Origin: an uncultured delta proteobacterium | GTDB lineage: Bacteria; Desulfobacterota; Binatia; UBA9968 | Direction: 5' to 3' | Assembly (NCBI GenBank): GCA_963760795.1 | Contig: CAVXEP010000004.1 | Coordinates: 96,001-160,000, forward strand | DNA length: 64,000 bases | In this document: positions 1 through 10,053 of the stretch, piece after piece | How positions within the stretch are numbered: position 1 is the first letter of the stretch | Layout of the letters: every line of letters begins with the position of its first letter | Translations under genes and position numbers: made by a program | Notes under the pieces: generated by a model | The model's input: the letters and a program-made list of their open reading frames with translations, nothing else | What the model was told of the DNA's origin: nothing | The model's database searches: none

Positions 1-330
1 TGTTTAGGTTTTCCACCGCTCGGACGGCACGCCCTGGAACCTACCCGAGTGGATCGCCTTCAGTCAAGATCAATCGGCCCTTTCGTTAGTTAAATCGCTC
101 TCCAGCTAATCGAGCCGTGAATTATTTACCGCTCTGTAAAAGTGCGTGCCTTGATGATTGGGTTTATTTCTTAGCTTGCTGCTTCAAACACGCTGTTGCA
201 TCGTTGTGATTCCCCTTTGACAGCCGTCGCCAACTATAATAAGGATCTATTGCTTTCACTTTTGCCAGCCAGCGAGTCGGTGACGCTCGCAAGCCAGCGC
301 TCAATTCAGGATTACTATTAGAGGTTGATA

Positions 331-1386
331 ATGCACATCGGGCTTTTCTCGAATGGTGAGCGACGCAATCAGGTAGCTCGGATCAGCTATGAGGAAGATC
401 TGCACGAGGTCATCGTCGCCGATGAACTCGGCATCCAGGAAGCTTGGATCAGCGAGCACGGAACTTTCGTCGGTTATCAATCTCCCGATCAGCTTCCCTG
501 CGCGGATCCTTTTATTTGCCAGGCCGCCGCGCTGACCAAGCAAATCCGCATGGGGCCGGGCATCCGTCCATTACCTTACTTTCACCCGCTTCAGGTAGCC
601 ACCGACGCCGCCGTATGCGACCATTTGACTAACGGCCGCTACATGGCCGGATTCGGCGTCGGACTTGGCAGCAAGACACCTCAACGGGGACCATTGCCGG
701 GTGATCAGCGCGCCATGGTTCGCGAAGCCATCGATCTTATTCTCACCGCGTGGACCGCAACGGAGCCTTTCGATTGGCACGGCGAGTTCTGGCAGGGAGA
801 GAAGTGGCATATTATCCCGCAGCCGTTAACCAAGCCGCACATGGAGGTGGGAATCGCCTGCTCGCGCAGCGAGGGAACGTTGGATTTGACGGCGCGCAAT
901 GGCTTTATCCCGCTTATAAGTTGGCTGCCGCCGCCCAAGCAGCTCAAAGACATGATTGAGATCTACCAGCGCGCCGGCGAAGAAGCCCGTCGCGACGCGC
1001 CCCGCAGCCGCGTTCGCGTTGCCCGCATGGTTTATGTGACCGAATCGGTAAAAGAGGCGAAACGCGATCTGCGCGATATTGATCTGGGCGCGGCCAAGGT
1101 AACCGGGCGCCTCAATCACTACATCCCGGCTGGGGCAACGCGCGACGATCTGACAATGGAGTACATGATCGATCGCGGCGTTTTTTTCTGCGGCGACGCC
1201 GATACGGTATACGACAGCATCAAAAACTTGTACGACGAAATCGGCGGCTTTGGCGTCTTGTTGCTGCTCGCCGGCAAGGACTGGGGAACGCGCGAACAGC
1301 GTGAGCGTTCGATGCGCCGATTCATGGCTGAAGTGGCGCCGCGCTTGGCAAATCTGAACGCGGATGCTGTGTCCCCTACTGCATGA
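331..1386 (+). CDS. LLM-class flavin-dependent oxidoreductase (luciferase-like monooxygenase)
   Basis: ADELGIQEAWISEH, HPLQVA..DHLTNGRY and FDWHGEFW motifs. ATG at 331 follows GAGG. Confidence 0.9.
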   Translation: MHIGLFSNGERRNQVARISYEEDLHEVIVADELGIQEAWISEHGTFVGYQSPDQLPCADPFICQAAALTKQIRMGPGIRPLPYFHPLQVATDAAVCDHLTNGRYMAGFGVGLGSKTPQRGPLPGDQRAMVREAIDLILTAWTATEPFDWHGEFWQGEKWHIIPQPLTKPHMEVGIACSRSEGTLDLTARNGFIPLISWLPPPKQLKDMIEIYQRAGEEARRDAPRSRVRVARMVYVTESVKEAKRDLRDIDLGAAKVTGRLNHYIPAGATRDDLTMEYMIDRGVFFCGDADTVYDSIKNLYDEIGGFGVLLLLAGKDWGTREQRERSMRRFMAEVAPRLANLNADAVSPTA

Positions 1387-1568
1387 ATATATGCGGCGTG
1401 TGGACGGCAGCGGTGCAACGGGCACGCCCCGAATACGGTCAAGTTCCAACTCCGCCTGATCCGCTGACTCGGTGAGAAACGCACAAGGACAAACGGACGG
1501 GCCCGCCAAGAGCGATCGTGCAGGACGGCGTGCCCGAGCAAGACCCGCAAGGATGAAGGGAGGCGACG

Positions 1569-2075
1569 ATGGACGACCTATTCGATTACATATCCGTCAA
1601 CACGTACTGGACGATCTTGCTGATCATCCATGGACTGTTGGCGGTCGCTCTGCTCGGCGCGCTCACCCATCAGGCGATGTCGGTGCTCATACCGGTGCGC
1701 CACGCGGCGGCAAGCGCCGGTTTCGTCACCCGCTTCCGCGCCGTACCGGGCGCGGGCTACGCCGCCGCGGTCTGCGTGCTATGGATCGTGACTTTCATCT
1801 TCGGCGCATGGATCTACACCAAGTACCGCATCTACGTCCGCGTTCCGATCGAGCAGGAAGGCTTCTGGAAGACACAGGGCTTCTTCGAGATGAAGGAACA
1901 CCTCGCCACCATCGGGCTCGGACTGCTGCCGATCTATTGGTACCTCTGGAAGAATTCCCAGCACGCGGACTACGACAGCGCGCGTAAATGGGTGACCATG
2001 TATCTCGCCGGGGGGTGCTGGTTTAATTTCCTGGTCGGTCATATCGTCAACAACGTCAGGGGATTTGGCTCATGA
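1569..2075 (+). CDS. Hypothetical integral membrane protein (~4 TM, several His in or near TM segments)
   Basis: GGAGG RBS and hydrophobic segments. Stop overlaps the next start (ATGA). Confidence 0.75.
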   Translation: MDDLFDYISVNTYWTILLIIHGLLAVALLGALTHQAMSVLIPVRHAAASAGFVTRFRAVPGAGYAAAVCVLWIVTFIFGAWIYTKYRIYVRVPIEQEGFWKTQGFFEMKEHLATIGLGLLPIYWYLWKNSQHADYDSARKWVTMYLAGGCWFNFLVGHIVNNVRGFGS

Positions 2076-2464
2076 GCAAACCAAGCAACACCGCGCCAGA
2101 CGGCAGCGCGTCTAAATCTCTGGCTTCGTCCCCGGCGTTCAAGACCTTCGCCACCGTGTTCGGCTTCACCGCAGCAGCGCTCTACGTGGCCTGTGACATG
2201 ATGGGCTGGCCGCTGTTCTCCTATCATCCCGCAACCGACCGGGTGGAGCTGTTTTATGCGCGGCCGCGCCAGGGCGAAGGCCCGGTCATGTACTGGTACG
2301 GCTGGACGGCTACGTCGATGCTCGGCGCCGCTGCGCTCGGCCTGCTCGCTACACTCCTGCCGCAACAGGTCGCCCGAAAAATCCCGCTGGCCCTCGTCTG
2401 GATCGTCCCAGTGCTGGCGATTCCGCTGCTGTTCTATTCACTGATGCCGTTCTGGACGAAGTAG
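2072..2464 (+). CDS. Hypothetical membrane protein (~3 TM), coupled to the upstream gene
   Basis: ATGA overlap, hydrophobic helices, GC-rich third codon positions. Confidence 0.7.
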   Translation: MSKPSNTAPDGSASKSLASSPAFKTFATVFGFTAAALYVACDMMGWPLFSYHPATDRVELFYARPRQGEGPVMYWYGWTATSMLGAAALGLLATLLPQQVARKIPLALVWIVPVLAIPLLFYSLMPFWTK

Positions 2465-2842
2465 CTGCAACAGATGATTGATGGGCGGTCGGACTTTTCC
2501 CAATGTCGCCCGCTTGTTCCGCCGCAACGCCGGCACTATTTTCTGAAAATATTGATTTTTTCTACGTAGCTGCCTAGCGCCCGACCTATTTCCGCAGTCC
2601 TGACATCCCGTGCGAATGCGAAGCATCTAAAAAAGGACTTCTCTCTGCGTTCGCAATGACATCGCCTTCCCCTTGTGCCTGCGCGGGAGATATTCGATTT
2701 CCCTTTTGCGCCCTTTGCATTCTATGCGGCCATTCTTCTTTCCGGTTGCAGTTCTTCCGCGCTAAGCTCTCTGCGGTTAATACTCCGATTCCGAATTCAT
2801 ACGGTTGACGCCTTCAACCATTTTGCCTAAATTGTGGCCTCG

Positions 2843-3422
2843 ATGAAAATTGCTTTGGATATCGACGGTGTGCTGGCGGATTTCGTCACACCGTTTTTGC
2901 AACTGCTCGAACAGCGCGTCGGCGGCCCGTCCATCGACCCGGCGTCGATCACCGATCCCAACTTTCAACATCATCCGTTTCTGACCAAGGAACTTATTTA
3001 CGACTGCATGGTCGACACGTCCTACGATGCCGAGTTTTGGCGCTTGCTCTCGCCGCTGCCGTCGCAGCAGCAATGGCAAGCGCTCAACCAGGTGAGCCGC
3101 GACAACGAAGTGGTCTTCATCACTCACCGTTGGGTGCGCGACACCTACGACATCAACCACGTCACTTGCGACTGGCTGCGCCGCCATGGCATCGACAATC
3201 CCGGTGGTCCATTTCACCCAAGAAGTAAAATCACAGCTGGTGCGGAAACTAGCGGTCGAGCTGTTCGTCGACGACCGCCACGAAAACTGCGAAGACGTGG
3301 CGACGCAAACCGAGGCCGTGGTCATGATGCCGCACCGGCCATACAACCGAGCATTCACCCATCCGAAAGTGCAGCGCATCCAGGATTTAAGCGAACTGTT
3401 CGGCTATCTTTCAAACAAGTGA
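2843..3422 (+). CDS. HAD-superfamily 5'(3')-nucleotidase-like protein (1-nt frameshift near 3200, probably an assembly error)
   Basis: ALDIDGVLAD motif I and FITHR in one frame. K..LFVDD motif IV continues in frame 3186..3422. Confidence 0.8.
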
Positions 3423-3446
3423 GATTGCAGCGACGGAGGAGATCTC

Positions 3447-4196
3447 ATGGGAAGCATCGATAATAAAGTAGCCATCGTCACCGGCGGTGGCGGCGGTATC
3501 GGCGGCGCCATCGTCCACCGCTTCGCCCGCGAAGGCGCCAAGCTCGCGGTCGCCGATATAAACCCGCAGGCGGCCCAAGCGCGCGTCAAAGAGGTCGCCG
3601 ACCGCGGCACCGACGCCATCGCCATCACCAGCGACGTGACCAACAAGAAATCGGTGCAGGACATGGTCACGGCGACCGTCGACCGCTGGGGCAAGATCGA
3701 CATCCTGGTCAACGTCGCCGGCGGCGCCCAGCGCAAAAACGTCGTCGACATCACGGCTGAAGACTGGGACCATGTCGTCAACATGAATTTGAAATCGGTA
3801 TTTCTCTGCTCCCAGGCGGTGCTGCCGACCATGCTCAAAGCCAAGTACGGCAAGATCGTCAGCATCTCGTCGATTTATGGATTCGCCGGCAATGCCACCA
3901 GGTCGAGTTACGCCGCCGCCAAAGCCGGCGTCGCGGTATTCACCAAATCTCTCGCCCTCGAACATGTCAAAGACGGCATCAACATCAACGCCATCGCGCC
4001 GGGCAGGATCGAAACTCCGGCGGTGCGCGGCCACTACTCCGACGAAGCCTGGGCCGCCGCCGAAGCGCAGATCCCCATGGGCCACACCGGCAAACCGGAA
4101 AACATCGCCAGCGCCGCAATCTTTTTGGTCCAGGACGAAAACAACTACATCACCGGGCAAACGATCCATGTCAATGGCGCCTGGCTGAACTGGTAG
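3447..4196 (+). CDS. SDR family oxidoreductase (FabG-like)
   Basis: TGGGGGIG, NVAG, YAAAK, NAIAPG motifs. GGAGG RBS. Confidence 0.92.
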   Translation: MGSIDNKVAIVTGGGGGIGGAIVHRFAREGAKLAVADINPQAAQARVKEVADRGTDAIAITSDVTNKKSVQDMVTATVDRWGKIDILVNVAGGAQRKNVVDITAEDWDHVVNMNLKSVFLCSQAVLPTMLKAKYGKIVSISSIYGFAGNATRSSYAAAKAGVAVFTKSLALEHVKDGININAIAPGRIETPAVRGHYSDEAWAAAEAQIPMGHTGKPENIASAAIFLVQDENNYITGQTIHVNGAWLNW

Positions 4197-4209
4197 AAAA
4201 GAAACAGCC

Positions 4210-4302
4210 GTTCAAAGTTCAACGGTTCAAGGTTCAATCACGTGCTCGGAACAGTCCGGGGAAGTCTCTGACCTTGAACGTTTGAACCTTTGAACCTTGA
4301 AC
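4210..4302. repeat. GTTCAA/TTGAAC tandem-repeat inverted hairpin
   Basis: 4x GTTCAA followed by 4x TTGAAC at 7-8 nt spacing. Confidence 0.85.
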
Positions 4303-4327
4303 ACCGACGACGAAGGAGGAGTAAATC

Positions 4328-5053
4328 ATGTACGGATGGAGAGTAAGAATCGGACATGTCGCGCCATCGCGCGGCGACACGTTGGTCTATGAGTTTTATC
4401 AGATGTTGCCGGCGGGCTTCATGATGCTCAACAGCACCGGCACGATCCGCCAGTTGGTCGATGCCGACCTGGAAAGACAGCTGCAGAGCATCGAAGCAGC
4501 GGCGGCTGATCTGGTCGACAACAAGTGCGACTCGGTGATCATCGGCGGTTCGCCGTTGTTTACCAAGCTCGGTTACGGCAGCGATATCGAGATGGGCAAG
4601 CGGCTGAGCGACAAGTACGGCGTGCCGGTGTCACCCGGCATCACCGGCGAAATCGAGGCGTTGAAATCCCTCGGCCTCAACAAGCTCGTCGTCGCCACGC
4701 CCCACGAGGACACGCTCAACGAGCGCATGAAGGCGTTTCTCGAAGCCTCAGGCTTCAAAGTCTTGAAGATCCAAGGCTACGGCGTGCGCAAGAACGCGGA
4801 CATTACCGACATGGACGAGCACGCCGCCTACAAGATCGCCAAGCGGCTCTACGAGTCGGCGCCGGAAGCCGACGGCGTCTTCGTCCCCTGCCCGCGCTGG
4901 CCGACCATCACCGATGTCGACCTGCTAGAGCGCGAAATCGGCAAACCGGTGATCACCAGCTCCCAGGCTTATATCTGGCACGCCTTGAAGATGGCGAGGG
5001 TAAAGCAAGAAGTCAGCGGCTACGGCAGGCTGATGGCGTCGCTGGCGAACTGA
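4328..5053 (+). CDS. Maleate isomerase / arylmalonate decarboxylase / Asp-Glu racemase family protein
   Basis: MYGWRVRIG, VVATP, ADGVFVPCPRWPT..LEREIGKPVITSSQA motifs. Confidence 0.88.
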   Translation: MYGWRVRIGHVAPSRGDTLVYEFYQMLPAGFMMLNSTGTIRQLVDADLERQLQSIEAAAADLVDNKCDSVIIGGSPLFTKLGYGSDIEMGKRLSDKYGVPVSPGITGEIEALKSLGLNKLVVATPHEDTLNERMKAFLEASGFKVLKIQGYGVRKNADITDMDEHAAYKIAKRLYESAPEADGVFVPCPRWPTITDVDLLEREIGKPVITSSQAYIWHALKMARVKQEVSGYGRLMASLAN

Positions 5054-5076
5054 TTGCCGATTGAACCGAAGCAAAC

Positions 5077-5111
5077 ACAAAGGGCGAGTGAATGATTCAC
5101 TCGCCCTTTGT
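5077..5111. terminator. Bidirectional intrinsic terminator
   Basis: Perfect inverted repeat ACAAAGGGCGAGTGAAT/ATTCACTCGCCCTTTGT between convergent genes. Confidence 0.75.
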
Positions 5112-5140
5112 TTCGCAATAACTTTGATCTGGCTGAGCTG

Positions 5141-5866
5141 CTATCTCTTCTGGCTGCCGAACACTTCCTTCAATAAATCCGTCACCCGCGCCGCCGGATT
5201 GGTTCTGATCTTCTTTTCTTCCTGGGCGACCACGAAGAAGATGCCGTCGGTGGTCTTCTCGGTGACATATTGGTTCACGTCGAAGGCGATATTCTTGGAG
5301 AACGGCACGTCTTTATACTTGCCGACCAGGGCATTGTACTGCTGGTTGACACCGACCTGATTCATCACGTCGGTGACCGACGGCTTGAACGCCGTCTGCA
5401 GCTTTTTCGAAGTCTTCCCTTTGAAATAATCCGTCGCCGCCGTGTCGCTGCCGTCCAAGATCTTGCGCGCATCGTCGAAGCTCATCTCGCCGATGGCGCC
5501 CCAAAAAATATCTTTCGCGAAGGGCACAGCCTTTTCCGCCGCCCGGTTCATGCCGACGATGAACTCGTCGATCTGCGGCCCGTAGCCGACCAGACGCAGC
5601 GGTTGCTCCATGGTCTGCAACTGTTTGGGCATGAGAATCTTGATCGCTTTATTCATTAGAAAGCCGTCGACGGAACCCGTCTGTTGCACTGCGTTCTCAG
5701 TGCCGACCTTGAGCGCCTCCTGCAGACCGGAGCCGACCTTGGCGTCGCTCAAACCGCCGACGCTGGGCAGCTTACCGCCAAAATCCTTCAAAAGTTTATC
5801 GAACTGCGCCGCCGCCGGATGCGCCGCCAATAAGAAAAACAGGACCGTCAGCCACCCTTTGATCAT
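5141..5866 (-). CDS. DUF4197 family exported protein
   Basis: Signal peptide. GLQEAL, MNRAAE.A, AATDYF and [21 protein letters not shown] motifs. Confidence 0.9.
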   Translation of the reverse strand: MIKGWLTVLFFLLAAHPAAAQFDKLLKDFGGKLPSVGGLSDAKVGSGLQEALKVGTENAVQQTGSVDGFLMNKAIKILMPKQLQTMEQPLRLVGYGPQIDEFIVGMNRAAEKAVPFAKDIFWGAIGEMSFDDARKILDGSDTAATDYFKGKTSKKLQTAFKPSVTDVMNQVGVNQQYNALVGKYKDVPFSKNIAFDVNQYVTEKTTDGIFFVVAQEEKKIRTNPAARVTDLLKEVFGSQKR

Positions 5867-5916
5867 TTCCGTCTCCTGCGACGCTGTTCGGAAACCGAAT
5901 CGGTTGGACCACGGCG

Positions 5917-6318
5917 CTACAAAAGCTCCTTCGAGCGGCGCGGCGAATCGAGAATATCGCCCAGCTTAAAATCGTTGATCGCCGCGGCGAAACCGGCGTC
6001 GATAATCAAATTGATAATCTCCTCTTGAGCGTCCCGCGGCGACAAGCGAAACGCCGTGCGCAACGGCGGGATCGCCTTGCGCCATTTGCTCTGGCTCAGA
6101 TAGGCGCGGCCAAGGTAGAAAAAAGCCTGTCCGTCCCTTGGATTGTCATGGGTCGCATCCTCAAGATAGGGAATTGCCTCGGCGAAGCGGCCCTGCTGAA
6201 AAAGTGTCAAACCGGTGTCAAAAACGTCGCGCCGCGAACCCCAGCGGTCCATGGACGAACAAGACGTGAGGAATACCAAACCTAAGGCGATGCCCACCAT
6301 GGCGAGACGATTGCTCAT
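5917..6318 (-). CDS. TPR-repeat lipoprotein
   Basis: Lipobox-like LTSC and TPR-like AFFYLGRAY..A..LSP. Confidence 0.75.
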   Translation of the reverse strand: MSNRLAMVGIALGLVFLTSCSSMDRWGSRRDVFDTGLTLFQQGRFAEAIPYLEDATHDNPRDGQAFFYLGRAYLSQSKWRKAIPPLRTAFRLSPRDAQEEIINLIIDAGFAAAINDFKLGDILDSPRRSKELL

Positions 6319-6349
6319 TGGACGCACCCTCCTATTGGCATTAGACGCA

Positions 6350-6394
6350 AAAAAGCCCCAAATCTTAGCGGACCAGCCAAAATTGGGGCTTTTT
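6350..6394 (-). terminator. Putative terminator after grxD
   Basis: AAAAAGCCCCAA...TTGGGGCTTTTT stem directly after the stop codon. Confidence 0.55.
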
Positions 6395-6395
6395 C

Positions 6396-6719
6396 TTACT
6401 TCGCAAAAGCGGCTTTGAGCAGCGGCTCGAGCTCGCCGCGCTCGTGCAGCTCGTGCAGGATATCGCAGCCGCCGACGAACTTGCCGTCGATATAGACCTG
6501 CGGAATGGTCGGCCAGTTCGAGTAGCGCTTGACGCCATCGCGCACCGCCGGGTCGGCGAGCACGTCATCGCTGGCGAATGGCAAGCCATAGGACTTGAGA
6601 ATCTCCACAGTGTGGGCCGAGAAGCCGCACTGAGGGAAATCCGGCGTGCCCTTCATGTAAACCATGACTTTGTTGTTCTTAACTTTCTCGTCAATCTTGC
6701 TGATCGCATCTTCTGCCAT
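6396..6719 (-). CDS. grxD: Monothiol glutaredoxin (Grx4)
   Basis: MKGTPDFPQCGFS, WPTIPQVY, GGCDI motifs. Confidence 0.95.
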   Translation of the reverse strand: MAEDAISKIDEKVKNNKVMVYMKGTPDFPQCGFSAHTVEILKSYGLPFASDDVLADPAVRDGVKRYSNWPTIPQVYIDGKFVGGCDILHELHERGELEPLLKAAFAK

Positions 6720-6747
6720 AAAAAAACTCTCCTTATAACGTTTGGAA

Positions 6748-7002
6748 TTACGTTCCCAGCTTTTCCCACTGGGCCGGACTATAGGTCTTGAGGGACAGCG
6801 CGTGAATGCGCTGATCGGCCAATGGCTCCTTGAGCACCTCGTTGACCATGCGGTGTTGTTCGAGCAACCCTTTGCCGTCAAAGGCCTCCGATACGATAAT
6901 GACTTGCCAATGATCGCCGCCGCCGGTCAAATCCTGTGTTTCGACCAGCGACACCGGCAGTCCTTTGGACAAAGTGTCTTTGATTTCGTCAGGACTAATC
7001 AT
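6748..7002 (-). CDS. bolA: BolA/IbaG family protein
   Basis: GGGDHW..IVS.AF.GK.LLEQHRMV..IHALSLKT. Adjacent to grxD. Confidence 0.92.
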   Translation of the reverse strand: MISPDEIKDTLSKGLPVSLVETQDLTGGGDHWQVIIVSEAFDGKGLLEQHRMVNEVLKEPLADQRIHALSLKTYSPAQWEKLGT

Positions 7003-7070
7003 GGAGAAATCTTACCGGCAACCAAGCCCGCTTGCAACCGTCGGGTAGCCGTTCAGTTTCACCAGAAAAC

Positions 7071-7132
7071 CGTAGGGGCGATCCTGTGTGGTCGCCCGTC
7101 CGAGAGGGCAGACACACAGGTCTGCCCCTACG
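7071..7132. repeat. GTAG-type REP doublet (REPIN-like)
   Basis: CGTAGGGGCGATCCTGTGTGGTCGCCC and inverted copy GGGCAGACACACAGGTCTGCCCCTACG. Confidence 0.8.
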
Positions 7133-7192
7133 TTGATGCGTCGTAGAACCAAATTGAAGATTTCCAACCGGTGCAGCCGCCCACGACAATTC

Positions 7193-7696
7193 CTAACCCA
7201 CCGGGCCTTCGTAGTCCGGCCGGACTTTGCGCAGCATGGCGCGCAGATCGGCGCGCAGTTCGTCGAGAGTCGGCCGGCCGACAAACCAGTAGCCGTTGTA
7301 AAGATTGTGGATCGTCAGGTCCGGCATCAGCGCGAACGTATGCGGCATGGCCGTCACCCCCTTGCTTTTGGAGGTCTCGGTCATGTCGAGCAGCTTGACG
7401 ACCTTGCGCTCTTGATCGCTCAGAAATGGATACTGCGCGCCCAAGCCGGTGCGAAAGGCATCGTTGATTTCCGGCGAATCGACACAGCAGACCGCGAGAT
7501 GGCAATAGTTTACCGCCAGCTCCCTTTGCAATTCTACGTATTGGCGCAACTGCACCTGGCACTTGCCTCACCAGTAGCCGCGGTAAAAAGCCAGGATGAA
7601 GGGAAACTTGCCGACCAGCTCGGACAATTTCACGGACTGTCCGTCGTGGTCGGGTAACTCGATGTCGGGAAACTTCTGACCGATCTTGAGATTCAT
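7193..7696 (-). CDS. Peroxiredoxin-like (AhpC/TSA/redoxin) selenoprotein, Sec43 in a UxxC motif
   Basis: AGGAGG then ATG 7696: MNLKIGQKFPDIELPDHDG...FYRGYW-TGA(7570-7568)-GKCQVQL, in frame with ORF 7193..7555 (YPFLSD). Confidence 0.88.
7543..7556 (-). promoter_or_regulatory. Candidate bacterial SECIS for the Prx-like gene
   Basis: GGTGC-AGTT-GCGCC hairpin with loop G 18 nt downstream of UGA. Confidence 0.5.
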
Positions 7697-7741
7697 ACTA
7701 CCTCCTTTGGTTTAGGCACGGCATGCGAGTTGGCGTCGACG

Positions 7742-8758
7742 CTACTGATATCGTTTGGCCATCTCAGTAAAGAAGCCTTCTTTTTCCAATTGCTGCAGCA
7801 AGCTTACATCGACGAACTGTTCCGGCTTGGCGGTTTTGGCCTGAGCCACCTTTGGCGCCAACTCGTCGAGCAGATACTGAATGCCTTTCAACGTCGGATA
7901 GGGCCGCTTGGCGACACTCTTGGCGAACCAGTCATAGGTCGCGTCCAACACTTCCTGATCGTTGGTGCGCATGTACTTGGCGGCGATGCGCTTGGACTCG
8001 TCCTTATTCTTACCGATAAAATAAATCGCCTCGACATAGGAGCGCAGCGCGCTCAGAACGGTGTCGCGCTGGCTGCGGATGAAGCCGCGCGAAGTCGCGA
8101 AGCCATTGCCCTGCACTTCGATGCCGAGTTCGAGCATGTCGTAAACTTCGATCAAACCCTGCTTTCTCGCCCGCGGGGTCTCGGACGGCGTGAGAATCGT
8201 CGCTTCGATCCGCCCAGCTTCCACCGCGGCGAGCCGCTCCATGGTCGGGCCGGCAACGACCAGCGCGACATCTTTGCCGGCTTCGAGATTGAACTTTTTC
8301 AGCAAGATCAGGGCGGCGTTATGGGAGGCCGAGCCAAAGCCGCTGACACCCAATCGTTTACCCTTCAGTTGTTCGACCCGCGTAATCGCCGGCTTGGCGA
8401 CGACAGAATAATTATAAGCCGATTCGGACGAAGCGATCAAAACAATATCGTGACCCTGCAGGCCGGCCGGCACCACGGTGCCGATATTGACGATCGGCGG
8501 ATCGCCGGCGACCAGCGCCTGCGTCGCCATTTGGCCGCCGCGAAAGAATATCACTTCGGCATCGAGTCCGTGGCGCCGATAGATGCCGGCATCCTTGGCG
8601 ATCCAAATGTGAATCTGATTGTAAGAGATCGCCGGATAGCCGATCTTGATCTTCTTCAGTTCTTGACCGTCGACCTTGGCGCCGACAAACAATTGTAAGA
8701 TCAATAGGGCAACAAAAAAATGAGTCTTCACAGGCAGGCCACTCGTTTCTGGAATCAA
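7742..8758 (-). CDS. NitT/TauT (SsuA/THI5-like) substrate-binding protein
   Basis: Signal peptide. WIAKDAGIYRRHGLD and LKGKRLGVSGFGS motifs. The true start may be GTG near 8731. Confidence 0.88.
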   Translation of the reverse strand: MIPETSGLPVKTHFFVALLILQLFVGAKVDGQELKKIKIGYPAISYNQIHIWIAKDAGIYRRHGLDAEVIFFRGGQMATQALVAGDPPIVNIGTVVPAGLQGHDIVLIASSESAYNYSVVAKPAITRVEQLKGKRLGVSGFGSASHNAALILLKKFNLEAGKDVALVVAGPTMERLAAVEAGRIEATILTPSETPRARKQGLIEVYDMLELGIEVQGNGFATSRGFIRSQRDTVLSALRSYVEAIYFIGKNKDESKRIAAKYMRTNDQEVLDATYDWFAKSVAKRPYPTLKGIQYLLDELAPKVAQAKTAKPEQFVDVSLLQQLEKEGFFTEMAKRYQ

Positions 8759-8846
8759 TAGCAGATGTCCATGATGTCGGGCATCGGTTCACGTGATTTT
8801 CGCGGACGGTCAAATCTAACGGATAACCTCCTGAGCGTCAATTGGC

Positions 8847-9284
8847 TTAGCGGTCTTTCGCTGCCAGGACTTGCTGCCCCCTCGGCGCGCGGTCTTTCGC
8901 GCTGCCTAACGACCGCCGGGCGGAAAGCATTAGGCCAAGCGCCGCGCCCAAGACGTTGCAACCAACGTCGGTGGCGGACGGAAATCTGCCGTGTGAGTAA
9001 ATTTGTAAAAACTCGGCCAATGTCGAAAGCAGCGTCGCGCCAACGAGCACCCAGAGCTGCTTTTTTCCAGGCAAAAGAGCGGAGAGAAATCCGCCGGCGA
9101 AATAGCCCAATGGGACAAAAAGCGCGACATTGGCGGCGATGTCCAACCAGTCCAACCGATGGCCGTAGAATGGTACCCACTGAACCCGACCCCAATGGGA
9201 ATGACCGACGAAATTGGACCAAGGCAACAGAGTCGCCGCCAGTACCGCGGCAATCGATGCGAGCAAGCCGCTGAAGCTCATCAC
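8847..9284 (-). CDS. VanZ family membrane protein
   Basis: DIAANVALFVPLG, EFLQ..GRFPSATDV..NVLGA. Confidence 0.85.
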   Translation of the reverse strand: MMSFSGLLASIAAVLAATLLPWSNFVGHSHWGRVQWVPFYGHRLDWLDIAANVALFVPLGYFAGGFLSALLPGKKQLWVLVGATLLSTLAEFLQIYSHGRFPSATDVGCNVLGAALGLMLSARRSLGSAKDRAPRGQQVLAAKDR

Positions 9285-10021
9285 GAATTTTCTCGCCAGT
9301 CACGCGCGTTCAACGCCTGGCCGGTAACCCGTCGCGATTCATCCGATGCCAGGTAGATGAAAATAGGCAGAACCGATTCCGCCGTCGGCAGCGTCGACGG
9401 ATCTTCTTGCGGATATGCCGCCGCTCTCATGCCGGTTCGCGTTGGCGCCGGATTGACCGAATTCACTCTAATCCCGCTAGCTTTAACTTCATCCGCGAGC
9501 ACCTGGGTAAATCCCTCCAAGCCGGCTTTCGCGACCGCATAGGCGCCCCAACGCGCCTTGCCAAGCCGTGCAACGCCGGAAGTCAGGTTAATGATCGAGC
9601 CGCCCCGGCGCGCTAACATCCCCGGCAAAACTTCGCGGGTAATAAAAAACTGCCCATTGAGATTGATCCGCAAGACTTCCTCCCACTCGGCGATCGGATA
9701 ATCGGCGATCGCCACCCGCGGTCCGAGGATGCCGGCGTTGTTGACCAAAATATCGATGGCGGCGAATTTCGCCAGCGCGGCAGCGACGATGCGCCGCACG
9801 TGCCTAGCGTTGCCGATATCGCCCGGGGCACCAGCGATCTCGCCACCGGCTTTTTGAATCTCCGCCACCGTGCGATCAATGGCTGCCGGGTTGCGCGCGC
9901 AGATAAACACTTGGGCACCTTGATCCGCATAGGCCGCGGCGATGGCACGGCCGATACCACGGCTGCCGCCGGTGATCAGCGCGACCTTGCCGAGGAGTTT
10001 TTTATTGCCGCTGCTTGCCAT
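9281..10021 (-). CDS. SDR family oxidoreductase (YciK-like)
   Basis: TGGSRGIG, NNAG, WGAYAVAK, RTGMRAAAYPQED. Confidence 0.9.
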   Translation of the reverse strand: MASSGNKKLLGKVALITGGSRGIGRAIAAAYADQGAQVFICARNPAAIDRTVAEIQKAGGEIAGAPGDIGNARHVRRIVAAALAKFAAIDILVNNAGILGPRVAIADYPIAEWEEVLRINLNGQFFITREVLPGMLARRGGSIINLTSGVARLGKARWGAYAVAKAGLEGFTQVLADEVKASGIRVNSVNPAPTRTGMRAAAYPQEDPSTLPTAESVLPIFIYLASDESRRVTGQALNARDWRENS

Positions 10022-10053
10022 CGTTTCGTCGCTATAACATAGTTGAAGAGTTC

